Source: Nemertoderma westbladi
Taxonomy: Eukaryota; Animalia; Xenacoelomorpha
Reading direction: 5' to 3'
NCBI GenBank assembly: GCA_032718475.1
Contig: JAUCBJ010007555.1
Location: 1 to 44,947 of the forward strand
Length of the DNA stretch: 44,947 nt
Shown here: positions 34,026-44,947 of the stretch, in pieces
How positions within the stretch are numbered: position 1 is the first letter of the stretch
Layout of the letters: the number at the start of each line of letters is the position of its first letter
The notes under the pieces: model-generated
The model's input: the letters and a program-made list of their open reading frames with translations, nothing else
Databases searched by the model: none
Told to the model about the DNA's origin: nothing
Translations under genes and position numbers: made by a program

Positions 34026-35916
34026 GTGGGACAGCTTTTTGATGATGTGCCTAACACCATCCCTAACACAGAACCAGGGCCATCTTCCCACTTAGACGAA
34101 TTACCAATATTTACCCCATGTGTCTTCTCTTTTAGTTGGAATGGAGTTCCAGGGGAAATTATACATGCTCAACTGAGGGATGCATATAGTGAAATAGTAC
34201 ATTGGAGGCCAGCCCTATTTGAGGTCCCAAGGTCCGCAGCTGGCCGTCTATATGTGGCCATGATCACAGATTTACTGAAAGCTTTTGCAGAGAAGGTCAA
34301 CCTGGGGAATGTAGTCATGACCGCCATCATGACAGTACCGGCTCTGTTACTACAGAGTGCCGGTAGGTAACCCTTCAACAACAACCACCTATGCTGAAAG
34401 TCTTAGTGAGACACTTAATAGACGGCTCGAACTCTGGAGCTCTGGTAATTTTAAGCAGCTTTTGCAGGAGGGACGAGCCCTCCAGGCGAGGAAGAGGAAA
34501 AACCTTATAAATTTAAGTCCAGATGAGAAGCTCAGGAGAAGATTTATTAACAGTATGGTTTCCGGCCGTGTTGCTACAGCAGTAAATATTCTGGAAAACA
34601 AATCTGGTGGTTCTGTCTTGGATCTAGATTCGTGTGTCGATGGTACACCCATTAGACAGATACTGAAAGAAAAACACCCACCTGCTGCACCTGTTGACCC
34701 ATCCATGATTAAACATAATTGGGAAGGTGTTATCGATTTCCATCCAGTAATATTTAACGGCATCAATGGTGACACAGTGCTCCAAGCAACACTCCACACA
34801 CATGGCTCAGCCGGCCCCTCTGGAGCCGATGCCGAAGCATGGCGGCGTATGTTGACGGCTTTCGGGAACACATCGGTTGCCCTAAGGAATGCTGTTGCAG
34901 CAGCCGCCCAACGCATGGCGGTAGAATACCTGGATCCGTTTGTAATGGATGCATTCAATGCCTGTCGTCTGATACCATTGGACAAATCCCCTGGGGTACA
35001 TCCCATTGGAGTTGGGGAATGTTTGAGAAGAATCATAGGTAAATCAATTATGTCTTGTATTAAGGCCGACCTTGAGGTGCTAGGCGGTAACACGCAGCTG
35101 TGTCTTGGGCAACTCGCGGGGATCGAGCATGCCATACATTCGTTACGAGATTGCTATGATACAAATGACTGTGAGGCTATACTACTCCTAGATGCTACAA
35201 ATGCCTTTAACGCCCTGAACAGATCATTAACACTGCATATCCAGGTAATTTGCCCCCCTTTGGCGACAGTTCTTAAAAACACCTATCGTAATCCAGTACG
35301 CATGTTTGTTGAGGGTGAAACAATTTGGTCATATGAAGGAACCACACAGGGGGACCCTTTGGCCCTCGCCATGTATGCCATAGGAATACTTCCAATCATC
35401 AAACGCCTAAATACAGCCACCCTACCCTGTGTTACTTCTACTAACAGTAATGATGTGGGATTTCAGTTGCCAGATAGCTCAGACAATCTTGTAAACTCCA
35501 AAATTCCAGTGCATGTTGGCGATCATATTGAGGCTACATCAACGGATTTGCTTGTGCATCAGAATAGCAGTGCAATCCGGGGGTGATCCCCCCGCCGGTC
35601 CCAGATTACCATTCTTTGTGAGATAAAATCCAGTGCCGCTCAGAAGCTTATGAACAAGTGCTCCCGACTGGACTCGCAACTGAGTGACGAGCTCAAATAC
35701 CAACGTATGTTGACCAAACAGAAGAGTGCATCAGTCTGGCTAACTGCCCTTCCAATCCAAAAGCTGGGAATGTCTCTCCATAAAATTTCATTCCGGGACA
35801 GTCTTAGCTTAAGATATGGGTGGGAGCCAGACCGCGTTCCATCAACCTGAACATGTGGTGCCGCCTTCTCAGTAACTCATTCTCTTCACTGCCCAAAAGG
35901 TGGCTTTACAATTATT
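34026..35916 (+). pseudogene. CRE-type RT (domains up to QGDP) and CCHC finger; YADD core and RLE absent
   Basis: AGPSG, RLIPLDK..GVHPIGVGE..RR, LLDATNAFN, GTTQGDPL; then WLTALP..FRDSL.LRYG..CG..H..HCPKGG in the same frame. Confidence 0.85.
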
Positions 35917-36903
35917 GAGTATTATTGAATTCATTGTATTATTTTATTAATTGATGCATTGGCCGAGTGTCTTACTGCTGAGCTTGTTACTAACGTCCAT
36001 CCATTTCCAATGTCATTGTACTTCATGGTAGTGTCTTCATGACAAATCTGATGTTGTTGGATGCAGATGATGTCGATGTTATATTCCATTGCCAGAGCGA
36101 CCATGTCACCCTGTTTGGTATGTGCTTTCAGCGTGCGTGCGTTCATTGTAGCAATCTTTAGTGTCTTTTTACATTTCAACAGGTTGGTTCTTCTTTCTTC
36201 TCTGTCTTCTGTTCCAGTAGCAAATTTATCGACCCCAGCCTGGTGTACCACTGAGGCAATTACGTTGGAAATAATATTGGTTGTGGAGGGAAAGAATGGC
36301 GTGATATATGATGAGTGACTGACATATTACACTATGAGAAGGAGTGTCCCTTTGGATACATTGGTAGAGACTGAACAGACAATATTGTGTGTTGAACCTG
36401 ACTAAATGCTGCGTTTTAATAACTTTTAGTATATATAGATAAGTTTTAATAATTCTTGTTTGATAATTAGTTTATATGAAGTCATACCTTAATACATTAC
36501 AAAGGCATACTGTAGCTGTAAGGAAGACTAGAGAGGGCTTACAGTAGCAGCAGTGTAAAGTTATCAAAGCCAGTAAGAGAGCGGCGCCCTTTTAGATACT
36601 TACTTACTCTTTAATGGTGATTTTCTGAGTAGATAGGTTTGTATCCATGTGGACCAATATGGATCCAAGGGAATGGATAATTAAGTTCATACTCTAGTCT
36701 TACCCCTCCGCCATTTTTAAACCGATTTTCGAATATTTTGTTTGATTTATTTTCGGCTTTTAATCAGAAGTTATAATTTTATCATAAGTTGATATTTTAT
36801 ATATAATTTTATCAAAAGTTTTTAGAATGTTGAAATGTTTATTATTACTATTATTTTTAAAGTAGTTTATATATATTTCATATGATTATTTAATACTCTT
36901 TAG

Positions 36904-37363
36904 GACGACAGACCAAAATTAAAACCGATGAGTTTTTTGTTGCTGATGATGCTTATTGGGAAAAACTAACTCTTAAAAAATTTAGCCCAAAATTGTGGCC
37001 ATGATAATGTTTTGTTAATTAACATTTTCGATGGTGGCTGTTATAGGGTGAAGAAATTTAAACACACACGCCTCCTAAAAAATAACAACAATAATTATGT
37101 TTCAATAGTGCGACGAGTTTAAAGAATGTAAAGAAAACGAGATTGCGCTTGGAGCTCTGACTTTGAATAACTGCTTTACCAGTTATTGCTACTGTCTTTG
37201 CTATATGCTGGGTTATGAAACCGAAGCTCAATACGTGTGTTTCGACGAGCAATGGGATAACCCGTTGCAGTTCGCACATGAGCTATATGATTATGACTTG
37301 GAGAATATTTCACAGGATGTTATAAACAAAATATTTCAGGATCTAAGTATTAATTCTCAATAA
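36904..37363 (+). pseudogene. Possible last two exons of an unidentified intron-containing gene
   Basis: tttag acceptor at 36903; GT..AG intron 37048-37108 joins GGCYR to CDEFKE in phase 0; terminal exon of 84 codons; exon 1 needs a 1-nt correction in an A/T run. Confidence 0.35.
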
Positions 37364-37432
37364 TTGATTCTTGTTTATTACGAATGTTACAGTTCAATTT
37401 CTACAATAGGGCCTAACACTAAAATCATATAT

Positions 37433-37965
37433 GGACGGTGTTATGCAAAAGGGTGTTATCCCACATTTTGTCGAAAATGAGTTTTTGGTAGCATTCGATA
37501 GAGGAAAGTGTAATCTACCTAATTATGAGATCCTTTTGCCCAATAATTCGAAGAAATGCCTTTAAAATACAAGAAAGTTAAGCCATAGTCCGGATTTGTG
37601 ATTTAGTCAAAGAGTGTTAAACCACAAATAATATTGTAAAAAAGATTTAATCCATATAATAATTTTGTGGCTTGTCATCTTTTGACATATTTTGCAAGTA
37701 TGACACCTTTAGACAATTTAACGTTTTGCCTAATATGAAGTTTTCCAAAAGTGTTAAGCCACATTTTGATCAATATTTCGGAGAAAATGCTCTATTCTAG
37801 CACAGTAACTTGAAAAATACTTTAATTTCCATAAATGTTTTCTTATAAAAACACAACAGTATCTGGATAATACAACAACGATCACACAGGATGTTAAAAA
37901 CTTTGATATCGATTATCTCAAATTGAACTTTTTTTGGCTTAACACCCTTTTGCATAACACAGTCC
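37433..37965. mobile_element. MITE with about 26-bp TIRs (possibly Sola-like)
   Basis: GGACGGTGTTATGCAAAAGGGTGTT is the inverted match of AACACCCTTTTGCATAACACAGTCC; flanks ATAT and ATAC; internal gtgttaa.ccaca repeats. Confidence 0.75.
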
Positions 37966-38384
37966 ATACAGTATATTGTATTTCTAATCCAATATTTGTC
38001 ATGATGTTTTGCAGGATGGGTTAGTTAGTCTGTCTTGTAATAAGCAGTAATTAATTAGTTTCTGTGCATCTTTCCGTAATGCTACTTATTAATAATGTAT
38101 TTTTGTGGTGGTCATTAGGTTTTGTGCAAAAGAAAAAAAAATATATATATATTATTGTTTATCTTTAAACAACCTTAGATTTTCTTGAATTTTTTAAGTA
38201 ATTTGAAAAGGACTTTGAATGTTCAACTCTTAGCAAATACAGTCCCGCTCACCAACAGAGTGCCATCGGATCCGATCGGATCCAACACACTCCGACAGCT
38301 TCAAACAAGCACAATGCTAACCTACGGAGATTTACAGTAGTACTGTTTGATTCTGTTGGAGAAAATATTTCCAACAAGTTTAGT

Positions 38385-38562
38385 CTGTTGGAGCCCATCT
38401 GAATCTGTCTGAAATCCGTCTGAAAGTGTTTGAAATTTCTGTTGGATGTTGTTGGGAGCTATCTGAAGTTGTTTGAAGTTGTCTGAAGCTGTTTGAAATT
38501 GTCTGAAACTGTTTGAAGTTGTCTGAAGATGTTTGACGCCATCGGAATTTGTTGGAATTTGC
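38385..38562. repeat. 10-bp tandem array (TGTYTGAARY)
   Basis: tgtttgaagt/tgtctgaaac units; the same unit occurs at 43150-43265. Confidence 0.85.
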
Positions 38563-39576
38563 CAATGCCTTACAAAAGCGTAGTTCATTAACAAAATGTC
38601 AATCACTTTAACTCTCAATTTGAAGTGATTGTGAGGGTGTGCTATTGTCAATTATAAACCGAAACAAAGATTTGTTTCATTTAACAATTTTTATTTACAT
38701 AATTATGTCGTTAATTATATCAATTAATTAACTAGCATACATAAACGAATAATAAATTCCTATATTATAAATTCCGATAAATGAATATATTAACACCAAC
38801 ACGTTTTTAATTCCTTAATTAGAAATGTAAATAATGCTATAAATTATTTTCTTTGACGTAGGGCACTAAATACTGCACATAAACAGATATAAACACAAAC
38901 AGATTAAGCAAACAGTAAATATAATTACAATGAGTGAAAAAATTATGTTTGGTTAATTTTATTAGTTGTGTTGAAAGAGCATCGAAATGAAAAGGTTTGC
39001 ACGTAATACTTCTAGCCCAACTATTTTTTCGCGCACCTACCCTATTTGAGTAAATTACATTCACACACTCAAAAGTTATTGCAACTTAAAGTCTCTGCAA
39101 GGCGAACTTCGAAACGGAACTCCATATCCAATATTGGTTTGTAGTTAAGCGGTTCCCTAGTTACGAAATAAATATTCGAGAACAATAAATTATTTAACAT
39201 TGAGTAAGGCAGCATTTAGGCAGAATTTAGGAACAACATTCGTATACATGGGAAAACTTATTTTGAATAATAATTATCACTACCCTTTAGTAATGATGGG
39301 TCGAAAGTCCCCCCTAGCCCTTCACAAGGGAGGGTGGACGTAGGGACGGGGCCCAACGCCAACATATCGTGATAGTTTGTTACATTGGAAGGGGAGGGGG
39401 GGGGGGGGGTGTGATGAAACGTGGCTGTTAATGTTAAACGTGAATGAATTAATATCATAAAGTAGTATTGAGCATTACGCACAACCATAATAGATTAGAT
39501 AGAGAATTGGGAATGTGAAGGCCCTTGTTTTCACGTGACTGCCATGCCATATTATGATGTAATGTATATCCGCCAT

Positions 39577-39678
39577 CTCTGAACTTGGGAGAAACGAAAT
39601 TGCGACAACTATGGAGAATCGGGAAGCCTGGAAGGATCTCATTTCCACTGTCCGAGTTCGCTCGACTTAGTAGTAGTA
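39577..39678 (+). mobile_element. RTE family B extreme 3' fragment (about 100 bp)
   Basis: Reverse complement of about 28673-28776; (TAG)n tail; TSD GTATATCCGCCAT at 39564-39576 and 39679-39691. Confidence 0.9.
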
Positions 39679-40240
39679 GTATATCCGCCATTGACGTACT
39701 GTTGTTATGTAAAAGGTAGACCTAATCACACCAGATACTAATTAAAATAATGTCTTAATAACAAATTATATTTATTCATACAATAAGCAATGTAGCCAAT
39801 TAAGGCTGTGATTGACAAATTAACCGCACAATTAATTAATTGACAAAACAAAAATCAAACTAGTAGAGATCATATCCAAACCTGTATAAATATAAATAAA
39901 CGCAACGATATAACTAACACATGTACGTACACTATATTAACTGTAGAGGGGGTACTGTCCCTCCTGCGAAAAGCAAAATATATTTATCAGTATTTTAATT
40001 AATGTAACTTAAAGAAATTGAGCCTTATTCGAAGAAATTCTACATGGGCATTTTGGCTATAGGGGCTGTTGCGCTGTCAGTCAGAGAGGTAACAGCCCAT
40101 GGGGTAAGGATTTACCCATGGGGCGCTAACTATCAGATAGTCTGATACCAACTGTCAGACAGTCTTTTTCAACTATCAGATAGATGATCGCCCAGTTACA
40201 AGTTGCCCGATAGTTGTATTTTTTAAACCCCGAGTGTTGT

Positions 40241-40660
40241 TGACGGAGTCTGTTACTTCCGAAATCGTGGTGCCGGTGCCGGAATTCTGGCTTTGATTAA
40301 AAACACTGAACTGCTGAACGATGGCGGAATCTACGAAACCCGGCCGGATTCCTAATCCGAGGAGGCGACGGAGTCAATTACACGTAAACAATGCAACAAT
40401 CGCGATGGACAATGGAGTCTATTCAATGTATCCAGAACGATACGATGGCGACGGAGTCTATTACAGTATTAAACACGCAACCAAAGCGATCAGACGATGG
40501 CGAAGTAATCTACAAAACAGAGAACGACAGGAAGGCGATGGAGTTTATTAAACCCAGTAAGATGGTGCATAGCGAAGCGATCGAGACGGATAACGGAGTC
40601 TATTACAGTATTAAACCTGGAACGAAGACGGTGGAATCTATAGGCCTAAACCTGGAACAA
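40241..40660 (+). repeat. Degenerate interspaced repeat array, consensus approximately GATGGCGACGGAGTCTATTA
   Basis: About nine motif copies near 40241, 40320, 40362, 40403, 40444, 40496, 40531, 40588 and 40624. Confidence 0.7.
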
Positions 40661-41849
40661 TGCGAACAAGGCTACTGTAAAGTTAGACTAGACTGGTTTG
40701 TGAGATTAACTTGCCAATACTAAACTCAATACAATTTGCTTTCTTCGAATTCCTTCTTCTCGAAGTCTTGTCAATGTATTAGATTGCTAAAGACTAAAGA
40801 GCTAACTTTAGGAAAATCTGCCTTATATTTTTAGAATTATTATAATTAATTTTGTTATGTATATAATGAATTGTATCTTTTGACAGACTACTTGATGCGC
40901 GACCGTGATAATAAAATTAAATGGTGCCGAAATATTTTCACTTAACTGCAGGTAGGGTGGGGGGGGGGGGGGGGGGGCGCAATCAATATTCTTCCCTCTC
41001 CAGGTGAAAATCGACGCAAATAACAGCTTGTTTACTACTAAAATAAAACTGCATCCTGTTCTATAGGAAAAAACATTATAGGGGGGGAAACTTTAGCAAG
41101 TTGTGTTTATTTTAGCCGATAGACAAAGATTACATGTTTACCAAGTTTGGTATAATTTAGTCAAAGATTGAATGAGTTACGATTTTAAATTATCAGTGGA
41201 GGGTGAAGGCGGTGGGCCAGGATTCAGTTATACTTGAATAAAGAATAGTGATTAAACCAAGGGATACGCGATATATGACACTGCTGTATAAGTTCATTGA
41301 ATGACTGTTGATTTCGAAACATTTAATTCAAAACTATATAAATGTTAATATAATGTTGGATTTTTTTTTTGTAATAATTAACAAATGAATTATATTTCAT
41401 TAATTTATTTTTTTATCTAATCACATTATTAAATAACGAAGCACAGAAATAATACCAAGATTGAATATTGAATTGAGGGTACAGTACCGAATTGAATATT
41501 TGAATGGGGGAATCTTTTAGGCTCGTTAAGCCAAGGAATGCCTGTTCACCACCATGGGTGATCTTCCACAGTAAACCCTTCTTCCACTCTGTTTCCCAAG
41601 TTGCCTTGGTTCCCAATCGACCACTGAAGGATGAAAGCCGGGGTTGGGCTAGGCTGCAGCATTTAAAGCACTGTGCCCAAACAGTACTGCCCCATCTAGG
41701 GATCGAACATTGAATATTTGAGATTGCATAAGATAGAGTATTGAATATCTTCGGCCGTCATCCCGTTGGTGACTCATTCTGCCATTGGCAACCATTTCGA
41801 CAGTTTCGATTGGTTTCGGCTCTTCAGTGCCCGAATAGACCGATGGTCG

Positions 41850-42125
41850 GCGTGGTTGCTGTCCCCATGACTGAGGCTGCAATACCAACCAAAATTGCCA
41901 TCTCCACTAGGCGCTGGAGCAGAAACTGGTGTGACCGCGGTTCGTGGGTGGCATCTGTGGAGACGAGCCCCGATCTCCCGGAGGAAGGTGGATGTCTCTG
42001 GACCAGGGCGGCCAAAGGTCTCAAAGGCCACGGGGTGAAAGAAATGGCCCGGTCCATTAGGTCGCGATACTTAGAGTTTTTAATGCGCTCCGCCCCCTCA
42101 GCTGAGTGCCCCCCAGCAATGATGG
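41850..42125 (-). pseudogene. CRE-clade restriction-like endonuclease C-terminal fragment
   Basis: AEGAERIKNSKYRDL / AFETFG..G...FLREIG / EPRSHQFLLQRL..AIL.G.AASVMGT across frameshifts. Confidence 0.75.
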
Positions 42126-43149
42126 TTTGTTGAAGGTGGCTGGGGGCCAGTGGATCTAGTAATAATTAACGCAAAGAAGATATGATTAGGTAGGCCTACG
42201 TGATATTAGTTTCTCAAACCAAACCTATCCATCCATTGACCGTCCAAATATATCCAATTTCTCAATCCATACTAATCAGTTATCAGTATGTAATAATGTA
42301 CACTGTAATGCTATACCGGTAATGTCAATGTCCAACCAAACAATGCGTTGAGTGTTATCGGACCAGCCGCCAAGAAATGTTAGGCTAACGGCACCTCGCT
42401 CTGTCGCATCAGTTTTTGTAGTGGTCTAGTTCCAGGCTACCAGAATCCGTTAGGCCTAGTGCATGATATAGAATCAGCACATCCTGACATCTGTGCAACT
42501 CCTGAACTCACGCGAGCATTTTACATATGGTCTTGTACCACGAAACCGTGTATTATTTACAGATGTAGGCTAAATTTCGGGTCATGTACCGTGCACAGTA
42601 CTGGTGGGCCTACACAGCTACTGCTATTTTGCCTAATACAGGTCCCAGAGGTAAATCCTTACCCCACGGGCTGTTACCTCTCTGACTGACAGCGCAACAG
42701 CCCTCTCTCCATTTTGGACCTATACCGCCACTGCTTGGCTCTTTGGAAGTGTATTTCCGTAAAGCTCTATTGTATGGCTCTAGACCAACCCAAAGCAACA
42801 TTAGTATGTGAACACAGAATTCCATTCACCATTCATTTCAATGGTAGCCAACTTGTCTTTCTTGTATTGGGGGTAGACCACTGGTTAGCTTTCTGCTATT
42901 GTGTTATTCAAAGATAGCGGCAGGAATAAAGAGAAATACCGACCTCACTAATGGGCTGTTCCTTCAGGTCAGCTTAAGTTACAGTGTGAATGTTCAAGGG
43001 CGCCGCCAGTGGCCAGTCCACTCTGTCGTTATTGTGGCTTTATGAATGGAGTTCCTTTTAGTAGTTTCAAACGCTTTCATTCTATCTGCGCGCAAGAAGA
43101 TGGGAGTTGAGTTGGGGTTGCGGTTGAGTGTGGGTGGAGTGATTGACAG

Positions 43150-43265
43150 GTTGCCGGAAGTTGTCTGATTCTGTTTGAAACTGTCTGAATCTGTTTGAAA
43201 CTGTCTGAATCTGTTTGAAGTTGTTGGACTGTTGGAGTTTGTCTGAAAGTGTTTGAAGCTGTTGG
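43150..43265. repeat. 10-bp tandem array next to the right TIR
   Basis: ctgtttgaaa/ctgtctgaat units. Confidence 0.85.
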
Positions 43266-43301
43266 ATCCGAACGGTTCAGATCGGATCTGATGGCACTCT
43301 C

Positions 43302-43881
43302 ATAAGGGAAAGGCATGGGCAGCCTTGAATAGGCTTTCCAGGATTTGGAAGTCATCTAGAATTAATCGGAAACTTAAGGTCCGATTATTTAGAGCAGCAG
43401 TAGTTCCAGTACTCCTCTACGGGAGTCCATGCTGGGCTCTAACTGCTGAGGACACCAAATCTCTGGATGGCGCATTCACAAGAATGCTACGCCGGGTACA
43501 TTGTGTCAAGTACAATGCACACATCTCCAACCAGACACTATATAACATTGGAGGTGTCTCATTGGTTCCCCCAAGCTTGACACTAGAACAAAATCGCCTC
43601 CGCTTTGCAGGACATTGCTTTCGCCGTGAGGACCAGCCAGTGCATAATCTTGTACTTTGGCAGCCTCATGGAGTGAATAAGCATGGTGGACAGCCCATGA
43701 CTTTCTTGAGACGCATCTTAAAGGACACTGGCCTTAAAGATGCGGATGATCTAGCAAATGTCATGGGTGATAGGGAGTTGTGGCGGTGCAATTTTGTTGA
43801 CAAGCCGGCACAGCATTCTTAAAAATGCAGCTGCAATGCAGCATGCCGATCCTAGTAGTAGTAGTAGTAGTAGTACTAGTA
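43302..43881 (+). mobile_element. RTE family A 5'-truncated copy with (TAG)n tail, inserted in a TIR
   Basis: Homologous to 26272-26838; tail at 43853-43881. Confidence 0.9.
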
Positions 43882-43939
43882 GTTGGTGAGCTGGACTGTA
43901 CATTTGCCATCAATGGGGATGGAACCTGTGTCTCGCAAT

Positions 43940-44008
43940 AAACGTTAAATGGTTAGTGCGTCAGACTCTTCCAACCCAGAGGTCGCCAGCTCGATCCCAC
44001 CTGGACGT
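43940..44008 (+). mobile_element. tRNA-derived SINE-like head or tRNA pseudogene
   Basis: A-box-like TAAATGGTTAG and B-box-like GCTCGATCCC at tRNA spacing; no intact cloverleaf. Confidence 0.4.
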
Positions 44009-44276
44009 CATTGCCGACTTTGCAAAGCTGTACCCAACAAAAAGTTATAACAAACGCTCAAGGTGTGCTGACAAATATTAGCCACAAACCTGGTGTAAGA
44101 ACCTGCAACACTATACCACCAATGAAGCGATCGGAACCGCCTGCAGTCGAGAATCCAGTACCGCTGGCGCTGCTGGCTGCATTCGATGGCGTCATGGTAT
44201 CCGCAAGATTCCAGTTCCAGATATGGGGACCATAGACCTACTGATCTGTCCGTCCCATTACAGTATATACACATTC

Positions 44277-44599
44277 GTGGGGCCTTCGCGCAGCACGAAG
44301 TGAGCAAAGTCTTTAGCATATGGGCACCATTAACGAGTTGTCTGCCGTTAGTCAGAAGTCTTCAACACAATACTCGTCCTCCTCTTGTGCATCGTTGCGT
44401 TAGATCGTTTTTGACCAAACTTAAGATTCTTTCTAAACTTGTGACGGACTACGTACATACCAAGTTTCGTTTAATTTCATCAAGGATTAACCGAGTTATT
44501 AGCGATCAAAATTTACGACGACGACAGACGACGACGACAGACAACTCGCCTATGGAACCCATATGCTAAGGCTTCGCTCACTTCGTGGCTCGCCCCACA
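44277..44599. mobile_element. MITE or HINE(DINE-1)-like element with inverted repeats and an internal GAC/GACA microsatellite
   Basis: 44294-44324 is the inverted match of 44558-44587; acgacgacagacg run at 44515-44543. Confidence 0.6.
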
Positions 44600-44947
44600 T
44601 GTGGTTATTGGAGTATCGACTTGTCTAGCCTAATAAGTTAATTTAAATAGAGTCATCAGGACATGTAGATGTAGAAGAGTGTGTTTGTGCGGAGTTCTCT
44701 CTAAAACAACTCGGCGATATGATTGTAACAGTGATGTAACAGATGTTTGTTAACAGTGACAAAGGCATCCGCAATAAGTCAATTTCTTGGAATATAATGA
44801 TAATTAAGTACTTCATGAAAATATATAGTTTTATATCCCTTTTGGGCCATTCACGTACAATATAATTAACGCTTTTAAAGATAGTTTTTATTTATATTCT
44901 GACAGTGTGATTTACACGTTAATTTGACTATTGTGATAATTGGTTTA

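Larger units (their letters stand above)
32131..35948 (+). mobile_element. CRE-type non-LTR retrotransposon derivative with SAP and Ulp1-like protease domains, internally deleted
   Basis: 13-bp TSD AATTGATGCATTG at 32118-32130 and 35949-35961; removing the insert restores NASIGGVG in the RTE-B endonuclease. Confidence 0.88.
28672..36300 (-). mobile_element. RTE-clade LINE family B, near full length, decayed, interrupted by two insertions (5' end not located)
   Basis: APE endonuclease (IATMNARTL, GGVG, CYSPT, AGDLNA, QLDYIL, SDH) at 31300-32130 and 35949-36251; RT (FVDFKKAFDS, GVLQGD, DFADD) at 28800-29910; (TAG)n tail at about 28673-28688. Confidence 0.9.
40063..42703. mobile_element. 2.6-kb non-autonomous element with 54-bp TIRs (GGG...CCC ends, PIF/Harbinger-like)
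   Basis: 40063-40116 and 42650-42703 are reverse complements with one mismatch; no clean TSD; no transposase seen. Confidence 0.7.
38240..43898. mobile_element. Candidate non-autonomous TIR element with TA|CAGT...ACTG|TA ends and 10-bp subterminal arrays
   Basis: CAGTCCCGCTCACCAACAGAGTGCCATC at 38240 is mirrored by 43290-43300 plus 43882-43898 once the RTE-A insert is removed. It could instead be two separate copies. Confidence 0.5.

Noticed and set aside
38322-38651. Gln/Thr/Ser-repeat ORFs (also 43077-43355)
   Set aside because: Translations of the non-coding 10-bp tandem arrays.
40268-40281. TGGTGCCG resembling a tRNA-His PBS
   Set aside because: Not preceded by an LTR-terminal CA, and no paired LTR or gag follows.
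40241-40660. Interspaced repeats as a CRISPR array
   Set aside because: Repeats are too degenerate, spacing is irregular, spacers are partly self-similar, and no cas genes are present.
44120-44215. Minus-strand ADTMTPSNAASSASG resembling part of a CRE endonuclease
   Set aside because: Too short and low in complexity to call without a search.

Overview
Eukaryotic, AT-rich (probably invertebrate animal) DNA made almost entirely of nested transposable elements; there are no bacterial genes and no CRISPR array. From left to right: (1) an apparently intact, young Ty3/Gypsy LTR retrotransposon on the minus strand (1-4398) with a clear -1 frameshift signal, an atypical FRDD RT motif and TA...CA LTR ends. 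(2) It sits in the 5' leader of a decayed BEL/Pao element (copy 1, + strand, 4399-25887). (3) Copy 1 is split at its RT by a related 12.5-kb BEL/Pao element (copy 2, minus strand, 10068-22609; GAGAG TSD; 1236-bp near-identical LTRs). Copy 2 lacks RT, most of RNase H and integrase, has no recognisable tRNA PBS, and carries an extra sense-strand zinc-knuckle ORF at the position where env normally lies. (4) BEL copy 1 itself interrupts an RTE-clade LINE. (5) A second RTE family (minus strand, about 28672-36300) is interrupted by a different LINE and by a TSD-bounded CRE-type non-LTR element with N-terminal SAP and Ulp1-like protease domains. (6) The right end holds several TIR/MITE-like elements, short LINE and CRE fragments, a tRNA-like SINE head and possible host exon remnants. 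The strongest novelty candidates are the BEL extra ORF, the SAP-Ulp1-CRE architecture and the PBS-less BEL leader. All family assignments come from motif recognition by eye, not from database searches.
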